Positions 25,991-36,612 of a stretch of DNA of 64,000 nt are shown piece by piece (position 1 is the first letter of the stretch; the number at the start of each line of letters is the position of its first letter). Position numbers and translations under genes: made by a program. This DNA comes from Felis catus (taxonomy: Eukaryota). The notes beneath the pieces are model-generated. The model did no database searches. It was not told the DNA's origin and saw nothing but the letters and a program-made list of their open reading frames with translations. The stretch is taken from NCBI RefSeq assembly GCF_018350175.1, contig NC_058368.1, forward strand, positions 145,888,001-145,952,000. Direction: 5' to 3'.

Positions 25991-26177
25991 TCTTAAAATG
26001 TTTATGTAATCTTGCTGGTTGATCAGTGTTTTAATCTCAAGAAGTTTATGATTAAATTTTCATTTCAAGTGAGAACATGTATTTATATTTGGACCGAGAA
26101 TCTGAATACTGTTTATGTTGGCTTGAGGTCAGGAAGTTAAAAAAAAATTAAGAACAAAAACAAAAAAACTAGTTTCG

Positions 26178-26296
26178 TGGGTGCCTCGGTGGCTTGGTCA
26201 GTTAAGTGTCTGACTTCAGTTCAGGTTATGATCTCATGGTTTGTGAGTTCGAGCCCTATCTCAGCCTCTCTTCTATCAGCACAGAGCCAGCTTCAG

Positions 26297-26342
<46 letters not shown>

Positions 26343-26625
26343 CCCCCTCTCCTGCTCATGCTGTCTCTAAACTAAATAAACATTTTTCGGGCGCCTGGGT
26401 GGTTCAGTCGGTTAAGCGGCAGACTTTGGCTCAGGTCATGATCTCGCGGTCTGTGAGTTCAAGCCCCGCATCGGGCTCTGTGGTGACAGCTCAGAGCCTG
26501 GAGCCTGTTTCAGATTCTGTGTCTCCCTCTCTCTGACCCTCCCCCATTCATGCTCTGTCTCTCTCTGTCTCAAAAGTAAATAAATGTTAAAAAACAATAA
26601 AAAAAACTAAATAAACATTTTTTAA
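26178..26625 (+). mobile_element. CAN-SINE with a second SINE nested in its tail
   Basis: outer TSD aaaaac(c)tagtttc; (CT)18 tract 26301-26337. Confidence 0.92.
26389..26602 (+). mobile_element. Nested SINEC_Fc-like element
   Basis: TSD aaactaaataaacattttt duplicated from the host SINE tail. Confidence 0.95.
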
Positions 26626-26852
26626 AAACCTAGTTTCAACAAAACTGTCTCACTTAATATGACTCCCAGTGTGATGCCAAATATGTTGTAAATTCACCAA
26701 TAGTTTTTACTTTAAGTATTCTTTTAGTGTTATGTAACATTGTGGTCCCTTTTCCCTGTGTGGGAGGTGAACAGGCCTTATCGAAGTTTCCTCTCAAACC
26801 CTGTCCCTGGGTGTCCAAATATCTATCAGAATGCTAAGTCATGTCTTTTAAA

Positions 26853-27065
26853 TTTTTTTTTTCAACGTTTATTTATTTTTGGGACAGAGAGAGACAGAGC
26901 ATGAACGGGGGAGGGGCAGAGAGAGAGGGAGACACAGAATCGGAAACAGGCTCCAGGCTCTGAGCCATCAGCCCAGAGCCCGACGCGGGGCTCGAACTCA
27001 CGGACCGCAAGATCGTGACCTGGCTGAAGTCGGACGCTTAACCGACTGCGCCACCCAGGCGCCCC
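26853..27065 (-). mobile_element. Young SINEC_Fc
   Basis: CpG-intact; perfect 17-bp TSD aagtcatgtcttttaaa at 26836-26852 and 27066-27082. Confidence 0.97.
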
Positions 27066-27254
27066 AAGTCATGTCTTTTAAAGAATCCCCCTTGCCTTGG
27101 TACTGGGTCCAACTTTAGTCAAGTCAGTGAATCTCTGAGGTTGATGAACTTTGCCTCTAAAGATGGATGCTTCAGAAGGAGCTATTAAAGCAGAAGACCT
27201 CAGGTCAAACCCTGAAACCCAAGATGGTTATGAAGTTAGCCACCACTAAGACCG

Positions 27255-27390
27255 CCCTTTTTTTTTCAAATTGAAATATAGTTGACACACAATGTTACAT
27301 AGTTTCAGATGTACAACATAGCGATTCCGCAAGTCTATACATTATGCTGTGCTCATCACAAGTGTAATTACCATCTGTCACCATAAAATG
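27255..27390 (-). mobile_element. Short 5'-truncated L1_Carn-like 3' end
   Basis: T run then ttgaaatatagttgacacacaatgttac..agtttcagatgtacaacatagcgattcc; flanks cactaagac / cacttaagac. Confidence 0.85.
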
Positions 27391-28627
27391 CACTTAAGAC
27401 TTCTTTTAACACTAAAAAGCACCACTGCCTCCTGTTGAGCCCTATGTACTGAATACTAAATACTGAGTACTCAGCCTAAGGCTGAGCTTTCTGTTCCAGT
27501 GGTTGACATTGAGACTGTGTAAATTCTTTCCTCAGTGCTGGTGGTTCAAGGAGATGATACTGACAGGACAATGATGTAGCTCTTTCTTGGAGCATAAAAT
27601 CACGTTCTCAGGGTATAAGCTGGCTCCCTCTTGGGTGTTGGAATATGTTCTAGGGGCCAGTAGTTCACAACTGTGGGATTTCCATCCCACTTTGACCTTC
27701 CTACTGGGTGCAAGGTCAGCCTTTTCTCATGGGGATTTTATTTTGGGGCTCTCATTGTCTTTGCCTGTCACTTGTCCTTTGATGGGATTGTTCCATTTCA
27801 CCCTATTAGGCTTCACTATGAATCTTTTGAATTTTTACGAGGATCTACCGACCTCCTGCCTAACAACCTTCAATATCTCTGTCCAACACCAAAAAATATC
27901 AGTAGTGCCTCCCTGGATTAGCCTGTACAAATGTTTTCACTGAAGCAGTTGTTTTCGTAGAATATATTGTATTTCATAAGAATTTCCATTTATGAAATTA
28001 CAGTATTTTTGGTTTTGGATAATGGTCAAGATTCAATTTAAAGTTATCTGGAAGAATAGTGATTTAGTAAAAATGATTGATCTTCACTTAAAAATTACTT
28101 TTACCATTTAAAAAATTCTTTGTTTTGTTGAAGAAAACTTTGTAATATACTCTAGAAAAATCATAAGACACATAAATACTCACGAAAATGCACTTTATTA
28201 TATTTTCTGGAATATCTTTATCACTATTTCTTTTCTTTTTCACTTGTTATGAGGGTAACAAAAGAATATACATGGTATTCACAAAATTTGACACATTCAT
28301 TTTTTTGACCCTGAAAAAAAATCAGATATACATGATAATTTTTAAAAAAAATAGTTCTGTATTATATGTGGCCTACTGAGCATCAGCCCAAAATCAGTTA
28401 ATGCTCTTCATAGATCTAGTTTGGCCTGTAAAGGAACTGCAGACATAGGATATGGTAAGAGGCTTTCTGTGTGTTGTTGGATGGAGGGGATGGGTTGGAG
28501 GTGGATAACATCAGGGTGACTAAAGAAAAGATATAAACACTTTTTCCTTCCTGTTCTACCCTAAAAGGTAGATGGAAAACTATCCAAATAGAGTCTAGCT
28601 TTGGATGATTTAAGACATAAGATACCC

Positions 28628-28841
28628 GGGGCGCCTGGGTGGCACAGTCGGTTAAGCGTCCGACTTCAGCCAGGTCACGATCTCGCGGTCCGTGAGTTCG
28701 AGCCCCGCGTCAGGCTCTGGGCTGATGGCTCGGAGCCTGGAGCCTGTTTCTGATTCTGTGTCTCCCTCTCTCTCTGCCCCTCCCCCGTTCATGCTCTGTC
28801 TCTCTCTGTCCCAAAAATAAATAAAAATGTTAAAAAAAAAA
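28628..28841 (+). mobile_element. Young SINEC_Fc
   Basis: CpG-intact; perfect 16-bp TSD aagacataagataccc. Confidence 0.97.
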
Positions 28842-29217
28842 AAGACATAAGATACCCATAACTGTCACAAAAATATTCAACAGTATTTCCACAGAGTAGG
28901 GAACAGAAAAATATCTCCAGTTTAATCTGTGAGCCGCCCTTAAAGAGTATCATGGCAATGACTACAGGGTATTATGGGCAGTCAGTGGCTGAAAGGGTCT
29001 GGGACATCCAGTACCATGGGGTTAAGGTGAGTCACCAGCAAATATAAGCCAAGTCAATATTCAGACCGTACTTTTAATTAAACTAAAGCAAATTAAAATA
29101 TATATGCTTGCTTTTTCTTGAGTGATATATTTGTAAAGAATTATTTGGCAGACCCTTTGTGGGAAGGGAACACCAAGCATTCTGTTTTCTCAGAGATTTT
29201 TTTGAAAGATTAGTTCA

Positions 29218-29434
29218 GGGGCACCTGGATGGCTCAGTCGATTAAGCATCTGACTTCAGCTCAGGTCATGATCTCGCAGTCCATGAGTTCGAGCCCCACG
29301 TCGGGCTCTGTGCTGACAGCTCGGAGCCTGGAGCCTGCTTCAGATTCTGTGTCCCCCTCTCTCTCTCTGCCCCTCCCTCACCTGCACTCTGTCTCTCTCT
29401 GTCTCTCAAAACTAAATAAACTTAATAAAAGAGA
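29218..29434 (+). mobile_element. CAN-SINE (SINEC_Fc-like)
   Basis: TSD gaaagattagttca at 29204-29217 and 29435-29448. Confidence 0.96.
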
Positions 29435-29769
29435 GAAAGATTAGTTCAGTCCGTTTGTTGGAGGTCGTGGAGGTATCAGCATGGAAGGACGTCAACTTTA
29501 ACCATCTCTGGTTCTTCTTGGTGGCTATGTCATCATGGACTCAGAATCATGTGAGTGATTTCCACCTCATATTTCCTCAACCCCTTGCACTTCAACACGG
29601 TTTTACTGATCACACTTGGCTCCCTGGAAGTCCAAGGAAGTTTAACACACTGAAGTCACAGCCATAGAAATGGAATCCTGTCATTTTTTAATTGGAAGGG
29701 GCCCTAGTCATTATTGAGTACATTGCCTTTCTTTCAGAGCTAAGACTCATAAACCTTACTAGTAACAAG

Positions 29770-30010
29770 GATAATAATGACAGCCAACATTTATGGACAC
29801 TGTGCTGAGCAACTAGCATGGATTATTTCATTTAATCCTTATGACAATCCTGTGAGGTAGGGACTACAATCCCCACTTTACAGTGAGAAATTGAGGCACC
29901 AGCAGGTTAAGAATCCTGCCCAGAGTCACACAAATCTGTGAATGTGGAAGTGGAATTTGATCTCAGAAATCCATGTGCAAAGGCAAAAGCTTAACTACTA
30001 TACCATACTA
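29770..30010 (-). mobile_element. MIR, near full length
   Basis: gccaacatttatgg...catttaatccttatgacaatcctgtgaggtagg..ccccactttacagtgagaaattgaggcac..ggttaag..gcccagagtcacac. Confidence 0.85.
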
Positions 30011-30249
30011 CCTTTTTATTTTTTAAATTTGATTACTGGCAAAATATCACATGGTGATCTACTAAACTGCAACCCAGATTTTCTCCTTCCCAGGCTTTGG
30101 CTGATGATTAATGATTATGACTAATGATTCAATTGAGCAATAGTAATTAACTGCTGACTTTATATTTATGCACACACACATGCACACACACACATATACT
30201 CAGTACTTCTTCATTGTTGTGACCCTTTCTCATTTCTTGAATGCCTCTT

Positions 30250-30510
30250 TCTTTTCTCAGCTTTGTTGAGATAGAATTCACAAATGTTTGCACATTTAAA
30301 ATGTACACCATGGTGATTTGATCTATGTATGCATTGTGAAATATTTACCACAATCTGGTTAACTGACACATCGTTCACCTCACATAGTTGCCGTGTGTGT
30401 GCGCATGTGCGTGCATGGTGAGAACACTTAAGATTGGTACTATCTTAGCAAATTTCAGGTATGCAGTACAATATTATTAATTATAGTCATCATGCTGTAT
30501 GTACATCTTG
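30250..30510 (-). mobile_element. L1MA-type 3' end
   Basis: ctttgttgagatagaattcac...cacctcacatagtt...tggtgagaacacttaagat...ttagcaaatttcaggtatgcagtacaatattattaa. Confidence 0.85.
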
Positions 30511-30769
30511 TATCATTCTTAAAGACCTTCGCCAGGAGTTTCATTTACTCAATCTTAAGAATTTTGTACAATTTTGCTACCTATGTAAGTGTTTGCAAAC
30601 TAGGAGCATCTCTCTGTCCTTCCCAGCCCCAATTCCCACACGTGAATTCTTTTTCCATTTTTTCCCTTTAAATAAAAGGCTGCTTCTCCTTTGTATACTA
30701 CCCTGTTGAACAATTATTCTCCATTAGCCCAAACACAAACATACTCTTCCAAGTAGCTCTGACAGTTGG

Positions 30770-31050
30770 TTAAATTTTGTCTCATTAATTTATCCTACAG
30801 AAAGGTACATAAACATAAGCTTCTTTACAGATTATTTACCATGCCAGTGAAGCCTCTCAGGTCAAGAAATCAAACACTGCCAGCACTTAAAACCCTTTGT
30901 GGGATTCTCCTTTATTATAAGCTCCTACCTCCCAATAGGTAACCTCTCTGTCAATATTGTGTTAATTATTCCCTGGATTTCTTTTTAATATATGGTTTTA
31001 CCATCCAAGAGTGCATACGTTAAATTTAATTTGGCCAATATGATCCTTAT
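30770..31050 (-). mobile_element. L1ME-type fragment
   Basis: caggtcaagaaatcaaacactgccagcac...aggtaacc...tggttttaccatc. Confidence 0.55.
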
Positions 31051-31599
31051 TTTTTTTCATCTCCCCTACGATGTCTTGTCTTATATTCTTATCTTTTCAC
31101 TTTCACATTTCCAGTATAGAAACTCTGTTTAATCTTTGCATGGTGAATATTTATTCACCATTTTAATCCAGGTTTGTCATCATCTTTACATAGCAGCATA
31201 CATTCAATTCTTGTGAATTCTCAGATTGCTCTTTTATTTATTGCTTCACTTTGTCATTAAATGCCAGTATTCCATAACATCCTAAAAAGAAAGTAGAAAT
31301 TCAGAAACTTATTAGAGGAGGAGAGATGGCGAAGCCTGGCATTTACTATTTCTTACTTTAGGGTACAGTGACTTGTGTATGGATTCCACAGTTGGTGAGC
31401 TCAGATCTATAATCTCCAGAAGGCTACACATCTGCTTCTCTTGCTTCTCCAGGAACCAGCTGAACCAGCCCTTGTACTAACACCCCACTGCATGAAAAAT
31501 CCTAATGGAAAATGGAAAATGTAATACATAAAACAAAATCTGAGAACTACTTGTGCCTATTAGAAAAGGCCTATGATCTTGTCTAGCCAAAAACATTTC

Positions 31600-31925
31600 A
31601 ACATTGGTCCATTAGAGAAAATGACTATGCTGCCATCCTAAATCATGTTTTGAAGACCATTTAATGATTTGGGGGAAATGCTCCTATTATGGTTAAGTGA
31701 AAAAGCAGGTTTCCAAACTCTATATAGAGCATAATGCCAGTTTGGTCAAATAAATGCATGGAAAAGAAATGGTGGAGGAAAATACTCCAAAAAATTACCG
31801 TGTTTGTCTCTATCAGTGAGATTAGGAGTTATTTTTAATTCATTCTTTACATCTTACATCTATATGTACAGGCTTTTCTATAACAAGCATGGTACTTTGA
31901 TAACTGAAAAAAAAAGTTATCTTAA
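31600..31925 (+). mobile_element. Old L1 (L1ME/L1MC5-like) 3' end
   Basis: ggaaatgctc..ttaagtgaaaaagcaggtttccaaac...ggaaaatactccaaa...ttttctataacaagcatg. Confidence 0.65.
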
Positions 31926-31934
31926 AAAAAAGAA

Positions 31935-32160
31935 GGGGAACCTGGGTTGTTCGTAGGTTAGCTGTCTGACTGCGGCTCAGGTGATGATCTCACAGTTCAT
32001 GGGTTTGAGCCCTGCGTGGGGCTCTGCGCTGACAGCTCAGAACCTGGAGCCCTCTTCTGATTCTGTGTCTCCGTCTCTCTCTGCCCCTCCCATTCTCATG
32101 CTCTGTCTCTCTCTCCATCTCAAAAACAAACAAACAAACAAACAAACAAACAAACAAAAA
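31935..32160 (+). mobile_element. CAN-SINE with (AAAC)n tail
   Basis: diverged head, typical body, AAAC repeats 32123-32160. Confidence 0.92.
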
Positions 32161-34194
32161 ACTGATGACCTTGTAAGGTAGTTTTCTGCCTCTTCTTTGA
32201 CAAAAAGGGCCTGGAGAGGGATTCATGTGTCTTGTTTTTTGTCTTAAAGTCAGAGCCCTGCTGCATATCCCCACAGCTCAACTTGGAGGGCATTTTTGTT
32301 TTGATTGCAGACCTTTGGGTTGGCGCTCCTTGTCCTTCCTGTTCCCATTCCCCAGGTGCTTCCATCTAGGCACTTTTGAGCTCAGCTCACCTCTCCAACT
32401 TCACCTTATGCTCTCGTGAGTGTTCTCTATGGTCTGGGAGCCTTGTTTTCCCTGATGAGTAAGGAAGCCCAGACAAGAAATGTTCTGCCTAATTCTTATT
32501 ATCCTTGCTGCACCAGACCTATGTCCTTGTGACTTGGAGACCTCTGAGACACAAGGGCACTTAGGATGTCACTGAATGAGGACATCCACTGGGTGGGTTC
32601 CTTTCTTCCCCTTCTGAGCTTGGGCCTCCTGCTTCACCAGAGACTGCAAAGCATTGGGTACCACCAGAAAGCACATAGGCACACTGGGTCTCTGTGAAAG
32701 TGGGAGTTTGGGTTAGAAAGTTAATTGTAGTTTTCATCAGGATAAAGATATCCAGATGTTAGAGAGAATTAAGTTCCTTCCCATGCCATGGAACAGATGA
32801 CTGAACTAAAAGAAACATTTATTCTGTGAAGAAAGAAAATGAATACACCTGCACTATCTTCTATCTACTCTCATGTTCCTTAAATTAAATTAAACTACCA
32901 AACAAGTCCTACTGGCTAAAGGAACAAATGCAATACTGTACTCCAGAGCATTTGATGTTAATTTCTTAATGAAGAAAGAATAAACAAAAATTTACATGAT
33001 ATTTATGGAGGCTGTAGCCTTGCAAGAGATTTATATAAAACTTCTTATTCCCAAACCTATCTTGTAAGTGTATTGAAGCCATTCTGTACATTTTATCTAT
33101 AGAAAAATTTTGAAGTGTTATACGTGAGAGCAATTTTCAAATGTGGCTTATGTGTCATTACTTTATATTAATACCTTATAATATTTTTGACTGAATCAGA
33201 GGATTTTAAGGTTGTATTTCAAAAAGTAGGATCGTGTAGTTATTTTTTATGTGGAAAAAAATAGAGGTCCAGGGATAAATATACTTCTGTCATGTGTGTG
33301 TGTATGCAAGTTGAAAACACTGTTGAATTTAGTAGATTTTTCTTTACTATTAAAAATATCCTACAAGTTTAATACTTTATTATATTCATATTTGTTAATT
33401 AACTAGTTGATAGCTTTAACCATGATGAAAATATAGTATTAAGCAAGAGAAGTAAAAGAACTTCAAAGAACAATGATCTATCATGAAAGTGGAAACCATG
33501 GATTGGCATATGAAGGAAATAACATGTTTTTATTGCTACTAGTTACACAGTATATTTTTAGCAGTGTTCTCATCCCTGATGACAGAAATCACCATCACAC
33601 GGTAAATAACTAAAAGCATGGTTTGTGGGCTAGAAAAAAGAAAGGGATGAAGTTTGGGCCAAGTCTACAGTGAAGAAGTTTAAATATCCCATAAAATATC
33701 AGACCAAACTGGTCTTTCAGAATGGGGAGGCAGTTCACTCTTGGCAAAGTCCAGCTTCCTGTTCATAAGAGCAATGCCTTCAGATTATTTTTTGAACATC
33801 AAACGGGCTTTTTTCAGAACCTCATTTTGATGAGTTCTGATGGATAATCAGAAATACACGGATTAAGTCTGCTTTCAAATAAACATGGGTTTAGCAATTA
33901 AAGAGAAGAAAGTTTGGCTCAGTGTGCTCTGAGTCCAGCCAAACTCTAAACATGGGACGAGGCAGTTGAGAGTGTTGGATGAAAACATGCAGTTGCACTA
34001 GGCCTCCTCCAACATTATATTAATAAGCTTTGCTCAGCTTCTTCCTGAGGGATGAGAAAAACCTTAGTACCAGTATGTTAGAGACTGTTCACTGGCCCCA
34101 ATCAATACCTACATGGCAGAGATTCAGGAAATGGAGACTGTGCCAGAAGCTGTCTACATTTAGATGTATTCCTACAAATCTCATTAGCTTTTCC

Positions 34195-34410
34195 TTCGCA
34201 CAACAGTCCAGTGCAGTGAGCAAGGGCACAGTCTCTGGAACCAGATTCAAACCTCAGCTTAGTCACTTCCTACTTGTGTGTTACTTAGGCTCTCTCAGTT
34301 TGCTTACTTATAAAATGGGAGCAGTAATACTGTTTATTTCATCGGGTTGCTGTGATCATTTGATAAAGTAATGAACAAAATGTCCGATAGATGTTCGTAA
34401 TTATCGGTAT
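34195..34410 (+). mobile_element. MIR
   Basis: tctggaaccagattcaaacctcagct...tctctcagtttgcttacttataaaatggga..gtaatac..tcatcgggttgctgtga. Confidence 0.8.
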
Positions 34411-34775
34411 CTAATTACTTAAATTCTGAGGGTTTGACTGAAATCTTTCACAAATTATGACTGAGAATTGTGTCTATTCAGAATAGACAGCTCTGTTAAC
34501 ACTCTAATGATGTGATATTTCCAGGGAGAACCGGATTAGAAAAGGATTAGCACCTTTAAAGGCCACATTTGATAAGAGACAGATATGGGAAAACTGCTAT
34601 TGACAGCACTCTGGGGTATGGATTTATAGTCTTCAGGAAGAAATCAAATTAACTAGATTGTGGATTTTCAGCAAAAATATTGATAAAATAATAAGAGTTT
34701 ACTAGGTGAATGGTGCAGATTTTTCTTAAGGACTGGTCTACATTAGTAAGGTAGATGCATAATATACATCTGATA

Positions 34776-35045
34776 AGCCTTTTCCAAAGTTTGTCCTAGG
34801 GAACACTAGTCCTATGAGTTGCACCTTAAAAAAGGGTTCTATGGTACAATACTTTTGGGAAATGGTGATTTCCATTATGCCACTATTATCCCACCTTAGA
34901 AATTCGTAATGTGTCTTAGCTTATTAAATAGTCTGATTAGTTCTGCTATAAAGAAACCTGTTTAACTTTAACCCAATATTTCTCAGAGTTATCTGGCTAT
35001 AGATCCCAGGGGAATTTTCCATGAAATGTACTTTGGAACATGCTA
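34776..35045. mobile_element. MER112 (hAT-Charlie)
   Basis: ttccaaagtttgtcctagggaacactagtcc...aaaaaagggttctatggt...taaagaaacctgtttaacttt...ctttggaacatgct. Confidence 0.75.
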
Positions 35046-35269
35046 ATATGTATCACCTAAGGAAAGAATCATGGTTTCATTGTGCAAAAAAACCAAATAT
35101 TCTAGAAGCTTGGAATTCTGGGAATAACTGACATGGGAGAAATGGGGTCCTGAAACAGCAGCAAGAGGGAAGGAGATTGGAGCACTGACCTGATAGTTAA
35201 GAAGACAAGAATGTCAGAATTTACTTATCCATTCGTGCCCAGGGTTGGGCACCTCTCTGATCAAAAGTA

Positions 35270-35525
35270 ATTTCTTCCAGGAGGATACCCCTAGCTGTCC
35301 TTTCTATTAAAAAAAGTGTCTTCCACCTTTGCCAAGTCAATTTCTGCCCCTTGCTGTATTTTCTTCATAGACCTCCTTACTCCCTGAGAGAACATTTGTG
35401 TGTTTGCTTATTTATTACCTACGAGAGCAGGGACTTTGCCTTCATCTCTCTATCCCCAGCAAAGAGATCAGTGCCTGGTTAGAAAGCAGACACCTAATAA
35501 ATATTGGTTGAAAGAATGAATAAAT
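35270..35525 (+). mobile_element. L2 3' end
   Basis: gagagcagggactttgcc..tatccccagc..cagtgcctgg..aataaatattggttgaaagaatgaataaatga. Confidence 0.8.
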
Positions 35526-35729
35526 GATAATTATGTCATTCATAGACATTCCCACTAGTAGAGGAGGAGTAAATTTTTTAGAGGAAATGTAACAAGTTCA
35601 GTGTTTAACATACTGAGTTTGAGAGGAATCATCAGATGCAAATATTTGTAGAAGTGGAAGTGAGACCTTCCTATATGAGCTATGGGGTGGGAAAAGTGCC
35701 AAGTACATCATCACAATAAGCACAACAAC

Positions 35730-35935
35730 AATAGCTGGCATTTATTGAGTGCTTGCTATTTGCCAGAAGCTATTGTAAGCACATTCTGTGTGCTAATTAA
35801 CTTAACCTTGGAAATAATCCTTGGAGGTAGGTACTATTATTCTCATTTTACAGCAGAGCAAATCAAGGCTTGGGGTGGTTTAAGAAATCCCTTCAAGGTC
35901 ACACAGCCAGGAAGTGATGGAATTGGATCCTTGCT
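35730..35935 (-). mobile_element. MIR
   Basis: atagctggcatttattgagtgcttgcta...gaggtaggtactattattctcattttacag...caaggtcacacagccaggaagtg. Confidence 0.85.
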
Positions 35936-36567
35936 GTTTCATTAGGAAAAAAAAAAACATTTAAGAGTTGGACAGCAAAAGAGGAACTGGTAAAGAATAC
36001 TGGAAGAAGGAGCCAGAGACATTAGTGGACAAGAGGGTCTAAGAAGAAGGAAAAGCTGATGTTATCAAATGCTGCAAAGTGAAATTTAAAGGTTTTACTT
36101 ATTTTTTTCAGAGCTCTTTCAGTGGTATCATGTGGACAGGTCAGGTGACAGTGGCTTGAAGAGTGACTGGCATGCGAGTAAGTTGATATATTACACTATT
36201 CTGTTGAGGATCTTGGCTATAAAGGGTAGGAGAGAGATGAGGGAAATAACTAGAGGCTGACATAGAGTGGGAAGAACATCTTAAAAATATAAAATATAGT
36301 GAAAAATCTGCTTATGGACTATGGGGAAGAAAATAGTGAAGATGGAAAGTCCTGGTTTTGAAAAGGATGAGAAGAGATGGGACAAAGAACATGGATAGCA
36401 GAGAGGTGACGGCTAAGGGCTAGAAAACATGGTTATGATTGGGATAGCAACTTCAAGAAATGGTAGAGGAAGCTGACCAGGACCCTGTAGAAGGACTGCA
36501 GCCTGCTGGACTCAAGTTAATTCAGACAGTGCATTTCTCATGAATTCATTCTGTATTTGTGTATGTT

Positions 36568-36572
<5 letters not shown>

Positions 36573-36608
<36 letters not shown>
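36573..36608. repeat. (GT)18 microsatellite
   Basis: direct reading. Confidence 0.97.

Positions 36609-36612
<4 letters not shown>

Noticed and set aside
33810..33946. Two short imperfect inverted repeats (tcagaac..gttctga; agtttggct..agccaaact)
   Set aside because: Stems of 9-10 bp with bulges or long loops are expected by chance and too short for a pre-miRNA.
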